DNA of 63,568 nucleotides, filler included, from Sphacelaria rigidula (Eukaryota): assembly GCA_964200075.2 (NCBI GenBank). It is 8 parts of 8 records of this genome, joined end to end, with 100 filler letters (N's around TTAATTAATTAA, not from the genome) between each part and the next. Parts side by side here need not be neighbours in the genome. Positions count along the whole stretch, not along the records: positions 47,753 to 55,610 come from CAXNAA020013205.1; positions 55,711 to 63,568 come from CAXNAA020013206.1; 6 more parts are not named here. The stretch is one strand, 5' to 3'. A program made the position numbers and the translations under genes. Shown here piece by piece: positions 48,976 through 60,170 of this stretch (position 1 is the stretch's first letter; each line of letters begins with the position of its first letter). The notes below the pieces were generated by a model. It saw only the letters and a program-made list of their open reading frames with translations. It had not been told where the DNA came from and did not search any database.

Positions 48976-51450
48976 GTGGTACAATCTCTGTGTTGCAATG
49001 TTGATATTTGGACGAGTGCAGATTCGTCCATCTTGTTGCGATGGTACTATCAAGCATAGCGCTTACTCTATTCAGCGAGGGCTCTTTTCTCGAGTTGGTC
49101 GTCCAATTAGTATAGTTGACTGCGAAGAGTTTCATCCTGAGTATTTCACTACTGTGAAGTGCAGACTGAAGACCCGCTGGTCTCGCAACTACTAGAATAT
49201 TTGAAGATGGAGTTGCGCTAGCTTCTCTTTCGTAAGATCTAGACTATCATATACTCATGTGTTGAACTTGCCATTCTGTGCAACTGCCGAAGAAGATTCT
49301 AGTTCCGGCGAGAGACTATCCAGTTCCAGTTCGAATGATCAGGCTGTACTGTAAGACTGGTGCTTGTGTGAAGCTCACCCACCAAGATTCGTTGAGCGAA
49401 CGTTCTCATGGGTATCGTTTCTGGGCTGAGGGGTAGATACCCCCCAGCACGGTTGCATCACTGCTGGGCACGACGAAATGTCATGGCCTGAGTGGACGTT
49501 GAAAGCTTCAGCATCAAAAAGACAGAAATGCGTCGAATCCAAAAAAAGTCATCGCAACATGATAATATCTTCAACCATACGTGATCAGCACGCGAACAAA
49601 ATTTTGAAGTGAGGCAGTCAGCGTCGTACAGATTTTCGACCAGGTCCCAGGACAGATGCCGCAAACTAGTTCACATGGGTTCCTGACGTACGTCCCCGCC
49701 GGCTTGTTGCCACCGCCAAAAGTCACGCTAACCCCCGGTCATCACTCCCACCGAACGTCGCATCTTCAGCAGCAGCTTCGAGGAGTCGCCAACAGAACGG
49801 TAAGTGCCCCAATTCGGTGTACGACGTTCCTGGCGCAGACGTCGTGTCGGTGGAATTCGCCGACACACCCTGGTTCACGTGAATACAAGTGAAGACTCTC
49901 GGACACACTTGAACATCAAACCCTGGATGTTTCTTTCCCACACTGAAAACTCCCATTTTCCCAAGCGGCACCCCCCGTCGAGTCATCCTTGTCCCAAAAT
50001 GCCGTGGCTGACTCGGCATGATGATGTGTAGTACTAGTATACCCAGAAGAGGCCGTGTTGTAGGCCGTGACCGCAGCGATTCTAGGGATCGGTTACACGT
50101 TTGCGAAGTCATGGATGACCCCTGTCATCACGAACGAGTACAGCGACGGCGCTGGGCATGAACTTGAGTCGCGGAGTAAGCAGGGAGGAGCGGGTAGAAC
50201 TACCGTTTTATCGTCTGTATCAATGTGTACGAATTCACCTGACCACTTTTTTGGCGCTCCGAATCACTTGGGTACATGTGGAAGTTGAGACGAACGCGTG
50301 CTTGCAGGACCGCATCGGAATTTGAACACTACTACGATTACGGTTAGGGTTGGGGTTAGCGTTGAGGTTATGGTCGGGTTGCTGCGACAGCCCCCCACCT
50401 CCCCTTCAAACCAGCTCACTGCAATTGTTTTCACACGCCCGAGCGCACGATTATCTTCACACGCAACTGGTTTGTACAGCGCCTCAATCGACTCTCGTCG
50501 TGATTTCTATGTAGATGAGAGGGAACCTTCACCTCTGGTCGTTAAGGTGTACTACAGAGGCACGCCACCCCGACGAGAACCTTAACCACAACCTCGACCA
50601 AGATTTACCGAAAACCCTCGTGCGGCGTGGGTTCAGTATTTCCTATTCGAAGTGCGCCGTACCAGCGCTTGGGACAGTTGCCACCTCGCGGCATCTAGTT
50701 TGGTTCCCGGTCGGGAATCGAGTATAACTTGAGTACATGCCGTTGTGTACGACTGATCGGCGAGGTCCACGGTCGGACGGTTATACGTTGCTCACGAGAA
50801 ATAGCGGCCTTCGTTAGGAGGTCTAGTGCGGCGTAGTCACTAATGCACGCGTGCGATGTCTTGGTCGCGCTTTCTCTCATTATGTAGCGCGAGAGCGATG
50901 AATGTCACGTCGGACAGCACTGGCCGGCGTCGCGCAAGATATCATCCTGTCCGAAAAAAATGAGTAGTGCCTGATGAAGCCCTTCGGGCTAGCGGGGGGA
51001 CGTGAGGAGATTAGACAGTACCGGCGCAGTATTTGCTTGGTCAATTGCTCGACGGCTAGGATATAATTGGGTATATAACGTGAACGCAAACGGGAGCACG
51101 CCATCCGCTCCGTAACGGCTTCAATCGTGAGAGTGATATCTTGGAACCATCTCGATTGCTCAAAAAAGTACCCAAGTGAGCTTCCCCCTCATTTTCCCGG
51201 CAGTTTCATGACATTTTCTCATGCAGAGTAAACTTGAATGAATTGACACGTGAAACTAGCGACCCTCATGCCGAGTTTTGCCGTCCTCGATATTCGACGC
51301 GTTGCTTTGGTGACCCTGGTGGTTGACGAAACTATGAACCACGGGGGCCTTGAGGCAGGCACGTCATGGAAGGGGCATACATGAATTTCCGCCACACGTT
51401 TTCACCCCTGTCCTGATTCCCGTTCTGTGTCCGAACACCAACAGCACACC

Positions 51451-52877
51451 ATGTGGTCCGCCAAGAAGCTGTACCTGTGCGTGGTGGGGATCATCTTCTG
51501 CTTGGTTCTGTCATCCAGTCCCGCAACGGGGGGTGAGTCGTGTCGTCAGCCCCATTGAGAAACGGTGATGTCTTGAAGACTAGTCCCGACACTGGGAGCT
51601 TCCTTGTTGAGTACGAGGTGGTCAATAGAGGGTTGACGTTTCCACCCTCGATGAAAGTCTCCGGCATGTATCCCGTGGGACGTGGGGTGTTTTCTCGTGG
51701 ATCGAATTGACAGGGTGCCGCTCAGATGAGGAATGAAAGTGGTTATACAACTGTCGAGGGTGTGAAGCAGGGCGCCGACGACCAGGGACAACACTCTTGA
51801 TTTGTGTAATTTTTTTCCCGTGGTATTTGTAGGCGAACGGGTAGTACCCGAGAAGTCGTGAGCACTGGACGTTCAAAAGCGCTGGCAGATGTCGACACTT
51901 TGTCGGACACTTTGAACTGACAACGGTCTTGATACTCGATGTCCACCCTCGACTGCTGTAAACTCCAGAGTCCACGGCTGCGGTTGTGACGACACGGGAA
52001 ACCGCGACTTTGAGCGAGGAGGCGCTAGCCGCGGCGGTGCCAGGAAATCCACTCGGTGTTTCGGCGTCGGACGGTAAGTGAGGGAACTGAATGAGGCGGG
52101 GGTTGTCGGCTAACTTGTCGTGGTATCGCTTCACCAACATATACAACCGTAAGTCCGATGCATCGAATCTGAAGAATGAAATTTGACCGGCGCTTTATAA
52201 CTGTAGAGCAACACATTTGTGTAATCCACATCCAGAGGCCACATCTTGAGAGATGCTGCCGCCGTTCCCCTTTTGCAGCTAGAGTGATGCTACCGTCATA
52301 TGTTTCTTGAGGTTATGGTGTCGAGAGCGCGGTGTTGCAGGGACTCGTCGAATCGATTGTGGAAGGAATGTGTCTCATAGGATGATGCGGTCCATGGATC
52401 ACGTGATTTTCGCACTCAGTACACCTAAATCGGTATATCGTACGGCTACGTAGTGTTTTTTGTAACGATGTGCACACTGCCTCTGCTCTCGTATTCCGTG
52501 CGACGCTCGATCTCGCCCGTGCAAACCCAGGCGAGGAGCACCGAGGGCTTTCCAAGAAGGGTAAGAAGGGTAGGAAGGGCAAGAAGAAAGGGAAGAAGGG
52601 CAAAGGCAAGAAGGGGAAAAAAGGCAAGAAGGGCAAAGGCAAGGGCAAGAAAGGGAAGAAGGGAAAGAAGAAGGGGAAGAAGAGCGACGACTACGATGAC
52701 GATGATCACTATGACGATGATGACCACTACGACGATGATGACCACTACGATGATGACGACCACTACGACGACGATGACTACCACTACTACGTCTACGATG
52801 ATGTCATCATCTACTCGGATGGCCACCCGGACGGCGCCGAATACATCTACGAAACCACCGACGACCTTTACCGCTAA
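51451..52877 (+). CDS. Complete three-exon gene for a secreted 177-aa Lys/Gly-rich plus Asp/His/Tyr-rich diblock protein
   Basis: Exons are 51451-51532 (MWSAKKLYLCVVGIIFCLVLSSSPATG, signal peptide; donor GTGAGT), 51969-52073 (donor GTAAGT) and 52531-52877 (GEEHRGL-S(K/G)43-S-DDY(DDDDHY)4DDDDYHYY...LYR*). Both introns are phase 1, and the total is 534 nt. Synonymous codon variation within the repeats supports a coding function. Confidence 0.85.
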
Positions 52878-53869
52878 CCCGATCACATCTGACATTGCCA
52901 TGAGGGAGCCATCGCGCCGCTGGGACCGGGTCCGGAAACGCCCCCGCGATATGATTCTTTCGCACGGGTAGTCGAAAGTCATACGATGCATGGTGCATTG
53001 GTATCGGGCAGGGTTCCGGGAGCGGGCGACACTGTTCACGTGTGTATGTTCGTGGTCGCCGAGCGGTTGTTGAGCACCACCTCATGGGTTACCGCGATTT
53101 TCATCACTGGTGTACGATGTTGATATTGTGCGCACCGTCCGATTTCTCGTCCACGGATACATTTTTTCGGTGTTGCCGAGGGTTGATCGCTTCTCCTGGA
53201 GGTGTGGACACTCGTGAAAACCCCCTGATGAGTTGATACTGCTGAGATTTGCGCACTGTCCTCTTGGTGTACCGAGCACAGCGGTCGCGTTGACGGATGT
53301 GAAAGATGGAAACTAGGCATCGGCACGTCGGTTGTTTATCTGTAATTGTAGCTTGGGCATCATGCGGCCTGACGGCACAGACTGCCAAACATTGTGTTCT
53401 ATTACGCGCGCTGTTTTATAGCCATCGGTCACTCGTTGACTCGGCGGCCAAGTGAGTTGTATGACGTAGTGTGTACTTGAGATCTGGGTGTGCATGTTGG
53501 AGCTCCCGCTGTGGAATACCATGGAAACAAGTAGAACCTTCCGCATTATGTTTGACGACGGGATCAGTAAGTGAAGCGGTTCCCGGCAGGATCGTTGATG
53601 TGTGTGACCGGTTCGGCTGCGATGAACCCCTTTGTGCAGAGCGTGTAATCCTCGGACGGGAATTGCTCATGAAAGAATCGAATGCCCGGACCCACCTTCA
53701 GATGGACGTATCTAGTCAGGGGACGAGAGGGAAGGGTCGAGAGGACGAGCATTTTTATTGCCACGGTGGATCACCTGCGGAGAATGTACGCGTGATCCAG
53801 ATGGCTTCATTGCGGTCTAGAGGTCGAGTCATCCGAGAAGTTGCTTCGAGACGGACGTGAAATATTCCC

Positions 53870-55535
53870 GGTACGCCGCGCGTTGTTGCGTAGACATTTT
53901 TGGCTTCTGCACAATCATTGCTATGCAAAGAAGATTTTTTCTCCCGTGGCCCGTGACGAAGGATAAGAGGAAAGGTGTTTCATGCTTTGTAGCCGAGAGG
54001 AACGTGTGCAAGTATTGAACAGGCCATGGTGTGCTGTAGCAGGGCGCTACGTCAGCGGTTACTGCAATGGGTGCTGATCCCGAAACAGGTGACAGTATCT
54101 GAAAACCCACACACATACTTCTCCGTCAATTATACACACGATCCAGAATTCACACACCGGTGTGGAAATTCAATCATTCTTGATGAAAGCTGGAGACCGA
54201 GTAGAGGAAGTGAACGGGGGGGTCATCGGCTCTGCTGCCCCGTGCTCGCAAACGAGAATATCCAAAGACCCAAACTGATCACATGCCGAATCTCGTCTTG
54301 GGCAAGACCACGGTGAAACGTACAATTTGCCGTCAGGAAGAATTTTGAATGCTAAAATTCCGATTCCACACGAAGCGAAACATTTGTCCTTGCTACAAGT
54401 TCCCTGATGAAATGATGCCGCACGTCAACGTGCTTGGAGCTGGAATTTGTCACAGGGTTCATCGCAACCTGGATATCCCTCTCACTATCGGGAAGGCACG
54501 GCATCACCATCTGCGGCTACATGCTACGCCACACACACTCGCTGGCACAAGAACCCTTTCCCCCTTCTCTCCCGCGTAAGTCTGCTGCGAAATCTTGATA
54601 GTCCTCGATGTCTCTCATAGTGTAGTCCAGAATACCGATGCAAACCTCCAAGATTCCTCACCGGAACTATCTTGTCGAGTTCCACACCGTACTCGCCACA
54701 CCTCCCCTTGTCTCCCACCGTAGACATGTCGTCTGCAACTACTACGAGTATGATGATTATCCTACCATCATTCATCAATCGAAGTACACATAAATCCGCC
54801 AAATATTGCTCAAATCCAATGCCTCTCAAGCACTTTGCCAAGTGGGTATGCCATTGCCTACTCGTTTTTTTTACCTATATAATGAGCGATTGAGTCTTAC
54901 TATCTTCCAAGACAAGCTACCACAACCAGGCGGCAAGCGCATGAACACATCCTCTTCCAACTCGGACTGAACAAAAGCTTGCTCTACGTCAAAACGACGC
55001 AATGCAAGATTCTTTTCACAAGCCATAGCCGCCAACAGACGCACACTAGAAACAGCTACGGTGGGGGCATCCAGTTCTCAAAAATCTACGTTCGCTCTCT
55101 GCATGTCTCCTCTTGCTACTAATCTCGACTTCATCTTCGTGGGCCAGCCAAACTCATCCGCCTTCAAATAATACACCCATTTAGCATGGATGTAATTCTC
55201 AACTGGTTGCTATTCGGCAGCATCAACAGTCCCTGCGTCGAAGATGCTCCACCATTCCCGGTCCATGGAGCCTTCCAAAAGTCCACCGTACTCGGAGTTG
55301 ATTGCTTGCGCATAGCCTTTCGGCACCTTCAGGTCCTTCGAAGGGCACTGAGCAAGCTCGGGCGGATCGGGCGGCGGGCGGTCCTCATGCTTAGCTGCTT
55401 CAATGTCCGCCCGCGTCGCCAGCTTTGGTGTATTCCGCATCGGCGGCCGCCCGCGCCTCCCAGCATCTACGACGTCACGCGTGAGGAGAGCAGACAACAA
55501 AGACTGTTTGTCTATCTGCTCCATAAGATCCATGC
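53870..55535 (-). mobile_element. Degenerate Ty1/copia fragment (RT and eroded RNase H)
   Basis: The minus strand reads VPKGYAQA..MDRE, AKWVY..KSRLVARG, APTVAVSSVRLLAAMA..FDVEQAFVQSELEEDVFMRLPPG..RLNRSLY..SRQW, LVVVADDM, with stops and frameshifts. Confidence 0.9.
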
Positions 55536-57020
55536 TGTAACAACAAATTGTGCGAATTGAGGTTTAACTCCGAGATGAGGTTCAAGCCTAAAACAGTGCT
55601 TTCCCCAGATNNNNNNNNNNNNNNNNNNNNNNNNNNNNNNNNNNNNNNNNNNNNTTAATTAATTAANNNNNNNNNNNNNNNNNNNNNNNNNNNNNNNNNN
55701 NNNNNNNNNNCATCTTGCGGCACGACCAGTGTGCTCTTGCCTGGGCATGTCAGGTGTGCGTGTGCCTATCCGGCGCAACGGTCTATCGTAATTCCACCGC
55801 ATTTTGTGAAACGAACCGTCTTCAGACACGCTATCGCACGAAGAATTGGGACGTACTCGGCACTCAATGCAGTACAATAACATCATCGCCAATAGTATAC
55901 CAATCGAGCAGCGGCGGTGCCTTATGTTACTAGGTTAGTCTGCAGTTAACAGCGATATGCCCAGGTCGTGCTGATTTGGGAAACTTGAAGAGTTGTCGTG
56001 ACGACAGAGAATACTGGGTTTACTGCCGGCCCAGCTCGTGGCGGATACAAGAATTTTTCCAGCAAAAACCGCTTGCGACATGTGCTGTAACGAATCTCAT
56101 TCGTCATGTAGCTTTCTCCCATGTGCGGCATCGCTCGTGAAGCGAGCTGTTGAAGCTAACAGTCCCCGACCCTTTCCCCACGATGACCTCCCGTCTGAGC
56201 TCGAGATAATTGAAACTACGGAACATGATTTCCACTCGTAGAACGTACACCTCACCGTCATACACCGCCCCCATAACATTGACAAGGAATGGCATTGCCT
56301 TACCTCCTCGAGGGACGTTCAACGCATGACGTCCTCGTCACACGCATGTGATATGTGACTGGCAGCACAAGTTTTGGTCTCGTATGCTGTCGCTGTGTGC
56401 TTTAAACCTGGCCGATTGACGTCACACCCTCGACAGTATGTGGCCAGTAGTTGCGATGGACGAAAATACGCACTGCATGACGTTTAGGCCTATTGCAACA
56501 CTTGTTGGCTGACAATAGTTGTAAAATGCCTATACTTTACGGCAGTACGAATTGTGTCGTGCAAGTTTTGACCATATATTGCCCAGGGTGTAGTTGATGA
56601 TATACGATGAGACAAATTAGTCAGGAAGGCTAGGGCCGTGTTCGGATCCCAGCGTACCACCCCAGATGATGCAACCGTATGCCACTGGATATGTGTGTAC
56701 CTTGAAAAGGACGTGTGTTGCTCATCCCGTGCGCTTGTCGAGTAAACAATTTGATTTAAGTATATAGAGACTTGATCAAATCACCGGCCCCAACTCAGAC
56801 CCCTCGGAAGGCAGATCAATCCACACACAAACGTGCCGATAGGGTGGGTGAACTGTTGGCCGGCATCATTGTCACATGAATAATGACTTATGACGCCGAC
56901 GATCCACCTCGGCGATTATACGGATATCGGCCAGGGGAGGAGCTTGGCAAACACGCAAAGGCTGAATAACACAGCAACGACTGGATGTAGTACATCCCCC
57001 CCACTCCCCCTTTCCTTTAC

Positions 57021-57484
57021 GTGTTGGCGTCGGTTGGCAACGATGCTGTAAGATATGCCATTCGCTGAGTGAGCCAGGCAACCAGGTTACCGGCGGTATT
57101 ATCGCTTCCGTGTTCATCAGGGCAACTAGCCATGATGGACGTCGAGTAAGATCATTTTGTGCGGGGTGGGAAATCTCCACCCCGCGCAGAGGGGATGGTT
57201 GAATTACGTAGTGTTTGGATGGTGAGACATTCATGAATCAGAGTAACCTGTGGATGTCTCCTGAAGTGATGATACCAGAAAAGGACGCAACTCGTTCGAG
57301 GCTGTCATCCATATGCAAGATAACTTGTATCCTGCGGGCCGAACAAATTCAGCAGGGTGAAGCTTACTCTGATGCGAATACGCACACATCACGGCGCTAC
57401 GGGCTCGGTGATTGCGAGCCTGGTCCGGCGAAAACTCGGCGTGCTCCATTCCGGTTTTGCAGGCAAGAGGGATCAATGGTCATA
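57021..57484 (-). repeat. Dispersed repeat subfamily B, near full length
   Basis: Reverse complement of 44436-44923, preceded by C-runs. Confidence 0.88.
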
Positions 57485-57689
57485 CTTCCTCTGTGCCATA
57501 AGGAAAGCCCGTCATGATTACATGGACTTTCAGCCGTGTCCGATGCCGCAGGCGATATCTGTTTTTGAAATCTTCGGTCTGTTTCGAGCCGAATCCATTT
57601 TTTTTTTTTTGCACACACTACCCTGCATGCCCGAACGGCCGGTAACTATCAGTCGGCCTGAAATAGGCCGTACTTCGCCTTTTTCCAGG

Positions 57690-58020
57690 GGCTGAAAAGT
57701 GTAGAAAAAAACGACCGACCGATTCGTCTTTCGATCTTCCGCAGCGCAGCGGCCTTTGTTGGGTTAAGAAGTGACGGCAGCCCACTACGAGTCTCGTTTG
57801 AGAGGTCGAGCTCCCCGGTTCCGTCGATCTGAGTTTTGCACTCGAACCAATGTTTTCTAGGGTCGTCACCAACACCATAATGCTCCGCCATGGGGCCCAG
57901 AACGCCCTTGGGCACCCTTGTTTTGCCTGGTGGAATGGCCAACGCTATCTCTACCGCCATGGCATAACGTTTGCACAACGATAGCTCGGCGCCCCGTTTT
58001 CGTCTTGGGGGGGGTGTTCA
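57690..58020 (-). mobile_element. Possible Tc1/mariner-like transposase N-terminal remnant
   Basis: ...MAEHYGVG..PRKHW..CKTQIDGTGELDLSNETRSGLPSLLNPTK resembles an HTH followed by the RSGRP linker of Tc1/mariner transposases. No DDE/D domain or clear TIR is seen. Confidence 0.45.
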
Positions 58021-60170
58021 TCGTTGTTGCAGGAGGACAGGGGGCGTTCAAACGTCAATGATAACCTAAATTCTCCGAACATTCTCGAAAACGTTCTCAT
58101 TTTTTCAAAAAAACGACCGAAATTCCCAGTTGTCGACCCACTCATCCTCAGTAAGTACTACACGCTTTTTTTTCATGAGCATCACCACATCTACAGCTTT
58201 TGAACAAACTCATCAATAGCGTGACCCTCATCACGGACTTTGCTAATGGCACCGAGGATGTATGACTACGGCATGCGAGATCATGAGTACACCCCCCCCC
58301 CCCACACACACACACACCGTCCCCTCCCACCGTCCAGTGGTATCTTCCTTCAATAGTGTGGAGGCATTTCGCTGCGAGACGTACGTTCCAGTAGCTTGAG
58401 TCGTGTTTCGCAGTTTCAATTCACTTGTGCTCAGAGAAAGGGCATCGTGGAACGAGAGGGGGGCACTGTCACAATCAAGAGCTGGCTTCTCGGGCCAACC
58501 CCCACGGTGGAGAAGGCCGAATCATGCAGGAGATCCGTCACCGCACATATCGAAAGCGATTGCTGCCTGAAAGATATCTGTATACGCTAGAACAGGGCTA
58601 AGCTGGTGCAGGGTTCTCTAGATGCGGGCTCCACCCCGTGCACGTCGGTTTCGAAACACGTGAACCGTAGAATATACTGCTTGTTGCCTGCGTTTGGCAC
58701 TGCATACCAACCGCAGCAGTGACGCGTTGGGCGGCACTATCTGCTCACTGCACAGCGGCAAGGTGCAGGGTGACATGGCACATCGCAGAACGTCACATCC
58801 TCAGCGTATCCCCGTGCTGTATCGATTCCCCGCTGTCTCACAGTTCTTCACAGCATGAACGCAGACGCTTGTACTGCAGCCAACGTTTACGGGGGATATC
58901 ACCCCTCGCGATGCGGTACATCGGTAACCCACATTTTGTACAGCTGTCCGTGTTCCAGCTGAGAGTGCGTTTGCCCTAGGTGGCGCACGCAGAAGTGAAG
59001 GGCCGCCTCCGCCGCTATAATGGCTGCCTGTATCTTCGGTGGAGCTTTATGATAACACAGCCGCTATGGCGCGAACCCTGCCTGTAACATTTCACACTAT
59101 GGAGATTCCTACAGCAGTCTCGAAGTGTAGTGCGTGCAGTCAACGACTGCAACCAGAGGTACTACGCAAACTGGAGTAGGAAATAGGTTCTACACTGTGC
59201 GCAGTACACTTATTAACTGTAGGTCGGTGCAACGCAGGAGTTAGTTAGCTACTCGTACGGGGTCCACCACACGAGTCAAGGTCAAGACACGTTCACAGAA
59301 CTCAACTGCAATTTGCGGCAAAGCACGCAGATACATAATTCGACGGATCATGTATTAAATGCACATGCACGTGTCTTACATGCATATGTCTTATGGGACT
59401 ACGGTAACAAACCCATACAAACTTGACATAGCCATTAGATTGTGGACTCAAGTTGACTCCACTGCGAACAACTGGGCGAAAGACTGGAAGTCCACAAGAT
59501 TTCATGACAAGATGACAAGATGACGACTGGCTTCGACGGGGGGCGCAGTCCTCAGCCCAACACACTACACTTGACCATCCTGTCCACGCCATGGTAAAAT
59601 CCGTTACCTGCTCCTACCTCACAACATACGAATATCGTCAGTGGAAGTGCGTGCACATGTATTCACAACAATCATACTGGATCTAGGATACCCTGACCAG
59701 TTTGGGAATCAACCATTTAACATTTCCATCCCTTGCTGTAGAGCAGTTACTGTGCCGTTTCCGGACGTATGAAGTAAGGGGTCGCAACGCAAAGCCCGTA
59801 TTCGGTTACACCGCAAAACACGAACGAGCGCCGAACCGTTCGAGGAGCGAGAGGCCGTTTCTTAAAATATTGTCCCCGGCAGACCTTCAACGCTGGCTAT
59901 CTCGACGCTTATGTACCTGGGTAGCTCTTCACCCTCTCCAAGCATCACCTCCAATGGATGATGGCAGCATGCTGCGTATTCCATGGCGCTCAACGCTTCT
60001 TTGTTTTTTGTTGATCCTCTTCAGCAGGGAGTGTCAGTTTCTGCAAACCTTTTGTCTGATTTCGAAATCATCCAACCGTGAGAATCTACTACTCATCGCG
60101 TTTGCCATTATGTGACTCGGGCCTTTCTTTTCTCTGGCTGCTGTTGTGCCCGCCTCCTTCCGCTCGACAG

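Noticed and set aside
35780-52877. Apparent cluster of Pmp-like adhesin, dynein and secreted polyampholyte genes
   Set aside because: They lie on three different, artificially concatenated contigs.
52313-53039. Overlapping ORFs 52313-52648(-), 52446-53039(-) and 52453-52971(+), giving Phe/Leu/Pro-, Val/Ile- or Arg/Thr/Met-rich products
   Set aside because: These are shadow frames of the K/G-D/H/Y exon. Variation in the repeats is synonymous in the 52470 frame, which is also the one that joins the signal-peptide exon in phase.
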